Part shown: in pieces, positions 9,801-18,957 of the stretch
How the letters are laid out: every line of letters begins with the position of its first letter
Numbering within the stretch: position 1 is the stretch's first letter
Assembly (NCBI GenBank): GCA_964597205.1
Contig: CAZQXM010000005.1
Location: 1 to 34,863, forward strand
Reading direction: 5' to 3'
DNA length: 34,863 bases
From: an uncultured Gammaproteobacteria bacterium
GTDB taxonomy: Bacteria; Cyanobacteriota; Vampirovibrionia; LMEP-6097
Translations under genes and position numbers: made by a program
Notes under the pieces: generated by a model
Databases searched by the model: none
Seen by the model: the letters and a program-made list of their open reading frames with translations, nothing else
What the model was told of the DNA's origin: nothing

Positions 9801-10793
9801 GTGTTGATTCTAGGCATAGAAACAAGTTGCGATGAGACAGCGGTTGCCATAGTAAAAGATGGCCGCGAGATGATCGCGAACGTAGTCTACACCCAAATCG
9901 AGAAACACAAGAAATGGGGTGGAGTGATACCTGAGATGGCATCAAGATTCCACTTAGAAGTTATAAGCCAAGTTATTCGTGAATGTTTGGAGAAAGCTAA
10001 TTGCAATATAGAGACTGATATAGATGCCATTGCTGTTACTCAAGGACCTGGACTCACTGGTTCGCTGCTGGTGGGAGCTAACGCTGCTAAGACTTTAGCT
10101 TGGTTATACTCTAAACCTATTATTCCAGTGAATCATCTCTTAGGTCATATCGCCGCTAATTATATAGGGACAGAAATCAAGCCACCGCTAATCTGTTTAT
10201 TAGTTAGTGGCGGGCACACGCAGATTATTCGCGTAGACTCTTATACAGAAATAGAAGTGATAGGTGAAAGTGTCGATGATGCTGCCGGTGAAGCTTTCGA
10301 TAAGGTCGCAAGGTTATTAGATTTGCCTTATCCTGGTGGTCCGCACCTCGATAAGCTGGCGCAATCTTGTCATCCTGAGCGTAGCGAAGGATCCCCCAAT
10401 TATGGTTTCAAAATCCCAGATATGCCAGGCTTAGATTTTAGTTTTAGTGGGCTTAAAACCGGAGTGCTTAGATTAAAAGAAAAAATCGGCGAAGAAAAAT
10501 GGCAAGCAGATAAAGCTATGATTGCTAAAGCTTTTCAAGATACAGTGGCTGAGTTTTTGTTTAAAAAAGTATCAGAAGCAAGCAGGATAACTAAGTATAA
10601 TAAGATTATTATCGCTGGTGGAGTAGCTGCCAATTCCTCTGTGCGTAAGCGTTTCAGTGAAGGATTTACAGCACCTTCGTTCCAGATATATTATCCTCCA
10701 CTTAGTTTATGCACGGATAACGCTGCGATGATTGCAGCAGCGGCTTATCATCTCAAATCTTGCGATTTGGGTTTTGAGGTTTATTCTAGATAG
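9801..10793 (+). CDS. tsaD: tRNA t6A37 threonylcarbamoyltransferase TsaD
   Basis: LGIETSCDET, GPGL, VSGGHT, DDAAGEAFDK, FSFSGLKT, GGVAAN and CTDNAAMI. Confidence 0.97.
   Translation: MLILGIETSCDETAVAIVKDGREMIANVVYTQIEKHKKWGGVIPEMASRFHLEVISQVIRECLEKANCNIETDIDAIAVTQGPGLTGSLLVGANAAKTLAWLYSKPIIPVNHLLGHIAANYIGTEIKPPLICLLVSGGHTQIIRVDSYTEIEVIGESVDDAAGEAFDKVARLLDLPYPGGPHLDKLAQSCHPERSEGSPNYGFKIPDMPGLDFSFSGLKTGVLRLKEKIGEEKWQADKAMIAKAFQDTVAEFLFKKVSEASRITKYNKIIIAGGVAANSSVRKRFSEGFTAPSFQIYYPPLSLCTDNAAMIAAAAYHLKSCDLGFEVYSR
10369..10393 (+). repeat. Repeat family A half-copy inside tsaD, translated as CHPERSEGS
   Basis: GTCATCCTGAGCGTAGCGAAGGATC matches arm 518-542 at 23 of 25 nt. Confidence 0.88.
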
Positions 10794-10843
10794 TAAAGCG
10801 TGACATTAGTCACGTTTTACAACACGAGTGCAAAATTTAAGCT
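10791..10843 (-). repeat. Hairpin repeat family B copy filling the convergent tsaD/rlmD gap
   Basis: Stem 10793-10804/10809-10820 with loop ATTA. Minus-strand leader AGCTTAAATTTTGCACTCGTGTT is shared with the copies at 15732 and 29381. Confidence 0.85.
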
Positions 10844-12273
10844 GCAACCCTCTTCAGTAATGCTACAGCTTCTACATGATAAGTATGCGGAAACATATCT
10901 ACTGGCTGAATCTCTTGCACTTCATAGCCATAGCGTTCCATATATTTAATATCACGAGTGAGAGTAGCAGGGTTACAACTCACGTAAATAATATTAGGTG
11001 AAGCGATTTTGCCAAGTGCATCAAGAACGTCATTTGTACAGCCTTTGCGCGGTGGATTCACCAGGACCAGATCTAAGGCTTTGCGATCACGTAAGAACTG
11101 CGAGCGCGCGACGAACTCTTCAATATGCTGCTCTACTTCACCAGTTTTGAACTGTACAGAATTCAGCTTATTCAATTCGGCATTAGCTATACCATTACGC
11201 ACAGCAGCATCTACTACTTCTATAGCAGTGATTTGCATTAGCGGATATACCGAGGCTAGCGATAAAGCTAAAGTGCCTATACCAGCATAAGCATCAAGAA
11301 CTTCTGCGCCGACTGGGTTAAGCTCCTCAGTCTCAATCAGAGACTCAACTTGAGCCTTAACTACATCAATAATTTTGGCAAATTGATCATTATTAATCTG
11401 AAAAAAACTAGTTGGTGAAATCTTAAAACTAAGATCAGCAAGTTTATCTTCGATAATACCAGAACCCGCAAGCACCACTGTGCGCTCACCGAAAATCACA
11501 TTAGTAGAACCATCATTGTAGTTCAAACAACAACCTTTAAGCTGTGGATATTTAGCCATCAAGCTTGCAAAAATAGTTTTGAGGCGTTCTTCTACAGCAC
11601 TATTCTCAGGCTTAGACATTTCTCTTCCACGTACTATGAGGGTGAGAAGGACTTGCGACTGATCTTGGTTCGCTCTTAGATTAATGTGACGTAAGAGAGG
11701 CTTACCGATAAATTTTTGTGAGCAAAGTTCTTTAACATCCTCTACGATGGCATCAAAAATCTCATATTGCACCGGGCAATGTTTGACATTCACCAGCTCA
11801 TGAGTATTGCGCTTGTAATAGCCAGCAAGTAATCTGCCACTGGATTCTACAGTTTCAACCGGATATGTGATCTTATTGCGATAGCGCCAAGGATCATCCA
11901 TACCGATAACCGGCGCCACTAACATATGCGGCGGGCGCGGACTAGTGAGATCGGCTTTACGCACGAAATCTATGACATTCTGGCGTTTAAATTCAAGTTG
12001 TTCATCATAACTAATATGCTGCCACTGACAACCACCACAAATCTTGTGCAGTTTGCATGGTGGATCAATCATGCGCAATGGACTTGAATTCAATACTTCA
12101 TCAATCTCAGCATAAGCAAAACTACGACGATGATCATAGATATGCGCCTTCACCGTATCACCCGGACAAGCATTCTCAACGAAAACCACCAAGCCATCAT
12201 CAAGATGACTAACAGCATGGGCACCATGCGCCATAGATTCTATTTCAAGAGTTATATCAGTCATCACGGTCAT
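10837..12273 (-). CDS. rlmD: 23S rRNA m5U1939 methyltransferase RlmD (TRAM domain plus Fe-S)
   Basis: C-x5-CGGC..QH, YRNK, SFFQIN, DAYAGIG, NPPRKG, YVSCNPATLTRD and DMFPHTYHVE. Confidence 0.95.
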   Translation of the reverse strand: MTVMTDITLEIESMAHGAHAVSHLDDGLVVFVENACPGDTVKAHIYDHRRSFAYAEIDEVLNSSPLRMIDPPCKLHKICGGCQWQHISYDEQLEFKRQNVIDFVRKADLTSPRPPHMLVAPVIGMDDPWRYRNKITYPVETVESSGRLLAGYYKRNTHELVNVKHCPVQYEIFDAIVEDVKELCSQKFIGKPLLRHINLRANQDQSQVLLTLIVRGREMSKPENSAVEERLKTIFASLMAKYPQLKGCCLNYNDGSTNVIFGERTVVLAGSGIIEDKLADLSFKISPTSFFQINNDQFAKIIDVVKAQVESLIETEELNPVGAEVLDAYAGIGTLALSLASVYPLMQITAIEVVDAAVRNGIANAELNKLNSVQFKTGEVEQHIEEFVARSQFLRDRKALDLVLVNPPRKGCTNDVLDALGKIASPNIIYVSCNPATLTRDIKYMERYGYEVQEIQPVDMFPHTYHVEAVALLKRVAA

Positions 12274-13391
12274 GAGAGCACCAATACCTTATCTATAGCA
12301 CGCTTGATTAGCTCACTACCAGCCAGATTCACCTGATTATAGCCATTAGAGAGATAGGCTCGGCGCTGCTCCAGATCCTTAGGAAACTCGGCCTCAAGAT
12401 CAGCTAAGGCTGTATCAGTCTGCTGTGCCACACGTTTAACTGCGTTAGCCCAAGCTGGAATTTCAACTTCAGCTAAATCTACATTAGTAGGTTTTTCTGC
12501 TGGCGGGCATGCTGATGGGATCTGCGGCACTGGGGTAATTAGAACAACTTCAGTATGTGGTTTGAGCAATTCTACTACTGCTGTCATAAATACTTCAAAA
12601 GACAATAAAGCTGCGTGACCAAACCAAGCATCATTCATACCAAAAGATATAAAAGTGATATCAGGTTTATAGTTCAAAACATCACGCTTAAGATAGAGTA
12701 GAGCATCAAGAGCAGAAGCGCCAGAAATACCACAATTAGCAATGGTCGCCTTGGTGTTTAACTGTTGCGACCAGAGATAATGATAGGTCTGCTCATAATG
12801 CAGTTCCCAAGCAGGTTGCAAGCCAAGAGTAACTTGATCACCCCAAGCTACTACGCGCAGAGGCTTACTAGGGTCTTTATGCTTAAACTGAATGGTCTTG
12901 GATTTAAAATTAGCCGCGTCTAACTTAGGGACTAACTGAGAGAGTACGTGATTAATCGGCGTGATGTCTTCACCTAAACGCAATGTACAATATGCAGTCA
13001 TCGCTAAAGCTACGCGCGCCGAATTGTAACTATTAGGATCTAGACTCTTGGCGAACTCTGCATTCTGCTTAAGTAGTTTATTAGCCAGTTCCAACCACTT
13101 CTCAGGATCAAGTGGGTTATTAAGTCTGAACTCTTCAACGAATAAAGCTAAATCCTCAGGCAAAACTTCAAGCACATTAGTAATGCGATCAAGAACGTCA
13201 TTAAGTTTCTCAGCGATCTCAGGATTCTTAGATAAATGCAGCCCATTTTGATAGCAATGGAAAGCATGAGGAAAGAACCTAAGCTCCATAGCGAAATTAC
13301 CAGCATTCACCCACTCATCAACGCTATGCAGAGTCGGATCACCTTTAAGTGATTGCAGCATTATTTGAGTGAGTTTGAGGTCGCGGATCAT
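12270..13391 (-). CDS. Helical (TPR-like) N-terminus plus SGNH/GDSL-fold domain with degenerate catalytic residues
   Basis: SGNH-like blocks VVAWGDQVTLG, NCGISG, ISFGMNDA and SNGYNQVNLAG. Its stop overlaps the rlmD start. Confidence 0.7.
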   Translation of the reverse strand: MIRDLKLTQIMLQSLKGDPTLHSVDEWVNAGNFAMELRFFPHAFHCYQNGLHLSKNPEIAEKLNDVLDRITNVLEVLPEDLALFVEEFRLNNPLDPEKWLELANKLLKQNAEFAKSLDPNSYNSARVALAMTAYCTLRLGEDITPINHVLSQLVPKLDAANFKSKTIQFKHKDPSKPLRVVAWGDQVTLGLQPAWELHYEQTYHYLWSQQLNTKATIANCGISGASALDALLYLKRDVLNYKPDITFISFGMNDAWFGHAALLSFEVFMTAVVELLKPHTEVVLITPVPQIPSACPPAEKPTNVDLAEVEIPAWANAVKRVAQQTDTALADLEAEFPKDLEQRRAYLSNGYNQVNLAGSELIKRAIDKVLVLS

Positions 13392-13441
13392 CTATAGCCT
13401 TACTTATACTATCTTTTATATTCGTGATCTTGACAAAATGA

Positions 13442-13467
13442 GCCAGATAATGGGAGGATTATCTGGC
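13442..13467. promoter_or_regulatory. Perfect 10-bp inverted repeat with GGGAGG loop just upstream of ORF 13481
   Basis: GCCAGATAAT-GGGAGG-ATTATCTGGC. TTGACA at 13430-13435 and AAGGA at 13470-13474. Confidence 0.55.
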
Positions 13468-13480
13468 GTAAGGATTTTTT

Positions 13481-15124
13481 ATGGTTACAGAACTACAAGT
13501 CAAACAAGCAACTGAAATACTTCGACAACGAGATTTTACTAAACCTGGTTTATCAGCTAGCGCTATGCCTGCTGATTGGCTTGATCAGGTAACTAAGTTT
13601 TTAAAGAGAAAACCAACTCCTGAAGAGATTGCTCAAAGGATCGCAGCGGAAGCTGGTAATACGTCGATCGGCTCATGGAATACTGAAGTTTGGGCTAATG
13701 AGGTTAAAAATGCTTTTAATGAAGGTTATGAACCTTCAACAACTACGGCTGAAAACGAATCCTTAAAACACCAATATCGCATAATGCTGCCCTTAGATTA
13801 TGAGCAAGTACCTACTGCCTTAACTGAAATGGGTTTTGATATACCAATGCTCATTAGATCAGAAATGGATTCTGATATTGGCAAGCTTAGAATTGGTAAA
13901 GATTTATTTACTAAAAAATCAAAAGAATCTGATTTATTATTTTCTGTTTTAACTGGACATATACCCGAAACTATAGATGGTCAACCAATTCCTAAAGATC
14001 ATGTGACTTATCAAAGCTTACAAGTAGCTCAACAGGTATTTGCTGAAATTATTCAAGATCTTACTGGTGATCCTAATATCAAAACGATATTGAATCCCGA
14101 GTCTAAAGACTTTGATAAGCTACGCGAACTGTTTAAAAATAACCCGCTATTTCAAAATTGGGCACATGAATTGCCAGGACTCTTTGTCGCTATATCACGC
14201 TATTTAAGAGGTGACATTGATAAAGAAGGTTTGAGGACTCGTGTCTATGGCAACCTCTTGCATAATGGACCAGCTTCAAAACAATCATTCTGGAAATTTA
14301 TCACCAGCATACTTAAACCAGAAGTTGCAACTGAGTTGCTAAAAGGTGGTTTATTCCATGATGGCAAGGAAGCTGCTTATAGAATCTCAAAACACCCTGG
14401 AGCCATCTTACATAATCTTCTCGATAGATATGACCAAGCAACCCATGGCACTATCAAGATCGCTCATGAAATCAAACCAGCACTTACTCTTACGAAACTT
14501 CATGATGAGCTATTTGTAGGTAATCCTAAAGGAACTATTGACCAGCTAGAAGAATTACATCAACATATTAACCAATTAGAAACCAAAGAAAAACTTATTT
14601 CTAAATTACCTAAAAGTCCAGAATCTGCTGCCGCCGCTGAAAAAATCAATAAAAGTACTTCGATTGTTTCAGCACGCCAGAAGAGATTCTTATCAGCATT
14701 AGCTGAGAAAATGATTAGCCGTTTAGAAACTTATCAAAAGTTCGTTGCAGAGAATGTGAAATATTCAACCGAAGCTGCCGTAACAACAGCAGATGGAAGA
14801 CAAGAACAAGCAGTACAAATGGTATTTAATCATCGTAGTGCAACTGGTGTTCGTTATACTGATCGTTACACAGCTGTATACGACATTACTAATCCTAAGA
14901 GTCATATATTTAAGAGCGGTACTCATACACAATATGTTCAGGGTGAAACATTAAATGGCACATATGAACTTCAGGGTGAAGCTGAACATGAAATTTTAAA
15001 GAATTGGGCTTTAAGATCTAGTTTCAATACTATAAATGCTGAAGAACTTAACTATGCTCCAAACGGCTATATGCATGGTCGTATGGAAACATTAATACAC
15101 AAAGTATTGAATTTCCTAGGCTAG
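13481..15124 (+). CDS. Hypothetical protein, possibly divergent HD-superfamily
   Basis: 547-aa ORF with an SD. Ordered motifs KHQYRI, SDIGK, KDH, LLHNGP and LDRYD resemble an HD domain. Confidence 0.7.
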   Translation: MVTELQVKQATEILRQRDFTKPGLSASAMPADWLDQVTKFLKRKPTPEEIAQRIAAEAGNTSIGSWNTEVWANEVKNAFNEGYEPSTTTAENESLKHQYRIMLPLDYEQVPTALTEMGFDIPMLIRSEMDSDIGKLRIGKDLFTKKSKESDLLFSVLTGHIPETIDGQPIPKDHVTYQSLQVAQQVFAEIIQDLTGDPNIKTILNPESKDFDKLRELFKNNPLFQNWAHELPGLFVAISRYLRGDIDKEGLRTRVYGNLLHNGPASKQSFWKFITSILKPEVATELLKGGLFHDGKEAAYRISKHPGAILHNLLDRYDQATHGTIKIAHEIKPALTLTKLHDELFVGNPKGTIDQLEELHQHINQLETKEKLISKLPKSPESAAAAEKINKSTSIVSARQKRFLSALAEKMISRLETYQKFVAENVKYSTEAAVTTADGRQEQAVQMVFNHRSATGVRYTDRYTAVYDITNPKSHIFKSGTHTQYVQGETLNGTYELQGEAEHEILKNWALRSSFNTINAEELNYAPNGYMHGRMETLIHKVLNFLG

Positions 15125-15194
15125 ATCAGAAGATTATATCAATATAATGATCCAATCCATTAACCCGTCCATATAGGTTATAATCAACCAAGTC

Positions 15195-15329
15195 ATGAAA
15201 CGCACACTTAGAGGCAGTACACGCAAAAGAAACAGAACTAGCGGCTTTAGAGCACGCATGAGCACTCCAGGTGGCCGTAAAGTTCTTAGTCGCCGTCGCG
15301 CTAGAGGTCGTCACCAGATCGCTATCTAA
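15195..15329 (+). CDS. rpmH: 50S ribosomal protein L34 (absent from ORF track)
   Basis: Manual translation gives [44 protein letters not shown]. Directly upstream of rnpA. Confidence 0.97.
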   Translation: MKRTLRGSTRKRNRTSGFRARMSTPGGRKVLSRRRARGRHQIAI

Positions 15330-15344
15330 TTCAAGGTTTATTCC

Positions 15345-15731
15345 ATGTTAAGCAAATCCGAGCGCCTGAAGTATCGTGGTTTGTTTTTGCAGGCTTATCA
15401 AAAAGGTAAAAAACTTAGTTCAGCTAATTTGATCGTTAACTACACGCCGACGCGTGCTGACTGTGCTGAGCGCTTACCCTTCGTCGGTTTTAGTGTCTCT
15501 AAGAAATATTCTAAGAAAGCTGTTTTGCGTAATCTAGTGAAACGCCGCTTACGTGAGATCTATAGACTTTATCGTCTCGACGAAAGTAAACAAAAAAAAC
15601 TAAAATCCATAGGCTTACTAGTAATCGCTGTGCGCGGTTCTATTACTGATCCCAAAGATCCGCAAGAAGAGAGTAGATGGGCGTATAGTAGTCTCAAAAA
15701 AGAATTGGAAGCGTTACTGGAAAAAATTTGA
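15345..15731 (+). CDS. rnpA: Ribonuclease P protein component
   Basis: ERLK...F, GFSVSKK and KAVLRNLVKRRLRE (RNR motif). Canonical rpmH-rnpA order. Confidence 0.93.
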   Translation: MLSKSERLKYRGLFLQAYQKGKKLSSANLIVNYTPTRADCAERLPFVGFSVSKKYSKKAVLRNLVKRRLREIYRLYRLDESKQKKLKSIGLLVIAVRGSITDPKDPQEESRWAYSSLKKELEALLEKI

Positions 15732-15793
15732 AAGCTTAAATTGTGCACTCGCGTGGAAAGCGCAAAAACGTGACTTAGGTCACGTTTTTGCTA
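15732..15793 (+). repeat. Hairpin repeat family B, full copy
   Basis: AAGCTTAAATTGTGCACTCGCGTGGAAAGC then GCAAAAACGTGAC-TTAG-GTCACGTTTTTGC-TA. Perfect 13-bp stem at 15762-15791. Confidence 0.9.
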
Positions 15794-16536
15794 TGCATCC
15801 CTGCCGGCACATTAGATCTAGCAGCTGCTCGTGATTGAGCAGGCTGGTTACGGCGGGCTTGAGCAGCGGCGATTTCAGCTTCACCAGTTGCAACTTGCTG
15901 TCCCATAAAGGGTCCTAGAACCTTAGCAATGAAATTAGGCATTTCATAATTGAGGATACTGAAGAATTTACGACGCTGATCCATATTAGCAATCTTAGGC
16001 AGCCAGCTCTTCAGCGCATCCTCAGCAGCGATAATCACTGGATCGTTTGCTAGTTTATTAGGGAAGAGTATACGAGAAATAAAGTTTTGTTTGCTGTTTC
16101 TTTGATCTTTGATAATTTTAATTAAAGATTCGCAAGCCTCAACAGCATAAGTAGTTGGACCGTAAGGCATGTTAGCCAGACCACCGAAACGTTTTAGTTC
16201 TTTAACTTTGGCATCGGTAGATGAACCTAAACCGAGAATGAATTTTACAAAAGTCCAAACATAATGGAATGGATTCCATGACACAGCGAAAGATTTACGA
16301 AGTAAGGCGACCTCTTGAGAAAACTCGCGAGTATCTAAAGTATTTTCGTCAGTTGGTGACTTAGCTGCCAAATGTAATTCTTTGAGTTTCTCAAAGAAAG
16401 TAACCATAGGGTCAACGAAAGACTGAGCACCAGGCATCATAGTCGTTATTAACTCTCGAATACCAGTTTTGGCACCAGGGGCTATCGTCGCCTTGAGGGC
16501 CTGGAAGAGGTTAGATGTGGTGGTTCCTACAGCCAT
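15775..16536 (-). CDS. Hypothetical protein; last residues and stop codon come from repeat B
   Basis: 253-aa ORF with an upstream extended -10 (TGtTAATAT). No known motif. Confidence 0.7.
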   Translation of the reverse strand: MAVGTTTSNLFQALKATIAPGAKTGIRELITTMMPGAQSFVDPMVTFFEKLKELHLAAKSPTDENTLDTREFSQEVALLRKSFAVSWNPFHYVWTFVKFILGLGSSTDAKVKELKRFGGLANMPYGPTTYAVEACESLIKIIKDQRNSKQNFISRILFPNKLANDPVIIAAEDALKSWLPKIANMDQRRKFFSILNYEMPNFIAKVLGPFMGQQVATGEAEIAAAQARRNQPAQSRAAARSNVPAGMHSKNVT

Positions 16537-16587
16537 AGCTGCGCTACGAGCCTCCAGCTCGTGATATACATATTAACACATTAAGGC

Positions 16588-18342
16588 TTATTTTGAGGTT
16601 TTTAGGTAAACCTCGTACAAGAAGGGCAAAATCCCCTGAAAACGCGTGGGTCTGGCGTTACCCAGCCTTAGGGAGCCAGCTTCAAGAATACGAGGAGAGA
16701 CCAGGTAAACCACAGGATTCTCTTGGTAAATAATTTTTTGAAACTCCGAATAAATTGCTTTGCGCTGACCCATGTCTAGCGTGCGCACACCGCGAGAGAA
16801 TAATTTATCTATCTCAGCTTCCCAAGCACGAACAGGACTAGTAACTTCTCCACGCTGATCGAACATATGCAAGCGACCATCACTGCGCCAAACATTAGCA
16901 CCACCATTAGGCTCGCTTGAACCAGTAAGTCCGATCAGACCCATCTCGTAATTCTTGCCCGCACTAATGCGCGCAACTAAATTATTAAACTCTAGAGTTT
17001 TAACATAGACGCTTATACCTATCTCTTCAAGATTGGCAGCGATAATACTTGCCATCATCTCACGTTCACGATTGCCTGCATTAGTAAAGAGACTAAATTC
17101 TACTTTATGTCCTTGAGCATCATAGAGTATAGGCTTAGAACCCTTTACTTGCTTGAGTTTGAAGCCTGCACTATTTAGCAATTCGCGCGCGTATTTAAGA
17201 TCACGCTTGTGATGGAACTGAGTATCAACGAAAGGCGACTGCAAAGACTCTGCTGTAAACAAGGGCGCTGCTAGTCCTTGAAAAACATTCGCCACCATAC
17301 TATCTCTATCGACAGCGTAACTAATAGCTTTGCGAAACTCAGTATTGTTAAACCAAGTACGCTGCGGTTGCGGCAGTGATGGACTCATATTAAACCAAAT
17401 AAAATTAGTACCACTGCTAGGACCTAAGTCGTAGAGTTTAAATTTATATTTCTTCTCTAAGCTTTTTAAGAGAGCTGCGTTATTAGGACTGACTTTAAGG
17501 TCATAAGATTCACCAGCAAGAAACTTAAAAGTATCAGCACTGTCATCCTGCACATAAGTAAAAACTACTTTATCGAGATATGGCAGTCGCTGATTGGCTT
17601 TGTTAACTATATAGTAATTAGGATTGCGCTCAAATTCTATGCGCTCACCGCTTTTCAAACGTAGTAACTTAAACGCCCCACTAGTAACCATGGCAGCAGG
17701 CTTAGTATCAACTCCCAAGTATTGATTGAAGGCTGTTTGTTTTTCGCTTAGAGTGCGGGCATTGCGTTTAGTGAAGAATTTTTCAATATCATGCTTAGGA
17801 GCAACAGCAATACTAAGGTTCTTAAGGAAAGGTGCGAACACATCTTGAGTTGCGAACTTGATAGTGTAATCATCGATCTTAGTAACCTGAGGAAACTTAC
17901 CATCAACAAGAAGAATGTCTTTAAGAGACGACTGCGCTACACCATCTCTAATCAATGTGTTCCAAGTATAAATCACATCGTCAGCGCTGATGGGATGCCC
18001 GTCAGTCCAGGTCAGTCCCTTGCGCATGGTGACTATGATTTCTTTGCCACCTTTAGCTATGCTGTAAGACTTAGCTAATCTTGGTAGTGGCTCATCAGTA
18101 TCTGGGTCAGGCGTGAATAAACCCTCGAATAAAATATTGGCGTAAAAGCTACTGGTGTAGTCATTAGAGATCCAAGAGTTAAAAGTCTTAGGATCTTGCC
18201 CTGAATGGGTTAAGCGTAAGACTCCATGGAAATGCCCTAGAGCAGCGTCGCTGACTAAATATTCTGTGGCTTTGACGGGGCGTGCGACTACTGTAAAAAA
18301 TGTAACAGCTATCAAGGTTGCGAGCCGTGCAAGACCTGTCAT
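16588..18342 (-). CDS. ABC transporter substrate-binding protein, family 5 (peptide/nickel)
   Basis: Signal peptide, DPKTFN, LAKSY, WTDGHPISADDV, LPYLD and FRKAISYAVDR. Confidence 0.92.
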   Translation of the reverse strand: MTGLARLATLIAVTFFTVVARPVKATEYLVSDAALGHFHGVLRLTHSGQDPKTFNSWISNDYTSSFYANILFEGLFTPDPDTDEPLPRLAKSYSIAKGGKEIIVTMRKGLTWTDGHPISADDVIYTWNTLIRDGVAQSSLKDILLVDGKFPQVTKIDDYTIKFATQDVFAPFLKNLSIAVAPKHDIEKFFTKRNARTLSEKQTAFNQYLGVDTKPAAMVTSGAFKLLRLKSGERIEFERNPNYYIVNKANQRLPYLDKVVFTYVQDDSADTFKFLAGESYDLKVSPNNAALLKSLEKKYKFKLYDLGPSSGTNFIWFNMSPSLPQPQRTWFNNTEFRKAISYAVDRDSMVANVFQGLAAPLFTAESLQSPFVDTQFHHKRDLKYARELLNSAGFKLKQVKGSKPILYDAQGHKVEFSLFTNAGNREREMMASIIAANLEEIGISVYVKTLEFNNLVARISAGKNYEMGLIGLTGSSEPNGGANVWRSDGRLHMFDQRGEVTSPVRAWEAEIDKLFSRGVRTLDMGQRKAIYSEFQKIIYQENPVVYLVSPRILEAGSLRLGNARPTRFQGILPFLYEVYLKTSK

Positions 18343-18764
18343 TAGCCTTCCTTACTAGCCAAGCACGCCAGCTCAGCAACCACCATAATAATATTTAAGT
18401 ACATTAGTGATGGCATACTAGCGATCATAAAATAGTTAAGATGCAAAATCACCGCTAACCAAGTTGCCATGCGCATCGGGAAGCCAATAAAAAAAGCACC
18501 AGCAATAAACATTTCAGCATGCTTAACAAACCAAGCAAAAATATATGCGTTAGGAATAATTACAGTCTGGAAAATTTTAGTATAAGGATTATGTCCGCGC
18601 ATTAAGATGTCATCGCGCAAAGTTAAAAAATACTCCTGCGCTGCTGCACCGAAACTTGGATCAGAGAATTTAGGGTACGCATTCAAGAAAAATATCAGCG
18701 CGATAGTCCAGCGCAGTATAAATAACCATGCCAGCGCTTTGGGTGCTACTTTTTCGTCAGCCAT
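18342..18764 (-). CDS. DoxX-family membrane protein
   Basis: LR......F.....K N-terminal pattern, E..I.....IG...R motif and about four hydrophobic segments. TAATG coupling to the binding-protein gene. Confidence 0.72.
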   Translation of the reverse strand: MADEKVAPKALAWLFILRWTIALIFFLNAYPKFSDPSFGAAAQEYFLTLRDDILMRGHNPYTKIFQTVIIPNAYIFAWFVKHAEMFIAGAFFIGFPMRMATWLAVILHLNYFMIASMPSLMYLNIIMVVAELACLASKEG

Positions 18765-18787
18765 AGCTATATTCTAATGTGAAATCA

Positions 18788-18850
18788 GTCTTAGCACAAA
18801 TGTGACATACGTCACGTTTGTGCGCTTGAAGTCGGGAGTGCACAATCTTA
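18788..18850 (-). repeat. Hairpin repeat family B copy
   Basis: Stem GCACAAATGTGAC-ATAC-GTCACGTTTGTGC (18794-18823). Minus-strand leader ATTGTGCACTC...AAGC. Confidence 0.85.
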
Positions 18851-18854
18851 CACT

Positions 18855-18907
18855 TTGCACTCATGGTTGACAGCGCAGAATTGACACGTATGTGTCAATT
18901 CTGCTAA
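18855..18907 (+). repeat. Hairpin repeat family B copy, inverted relative to its neighbour
   Basis: TTGCACTCATGGTTGACAGC then GCAGAATTGACAC-GTAT-GTGTCAATTCTGC-TAA. Perfect 13-bp stem at 18875-18904. Confidence 0.85.
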
Positions 18908-18957
18908 CTCCGGCACCTCGGGTTCGTGCGCCTAGCATCCGAAACAAAATACTGATT

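Noticed and set aside
15126-15314. 62-aa minus-strand ORF
   Set aside because: Antisense shadow of rpmH.
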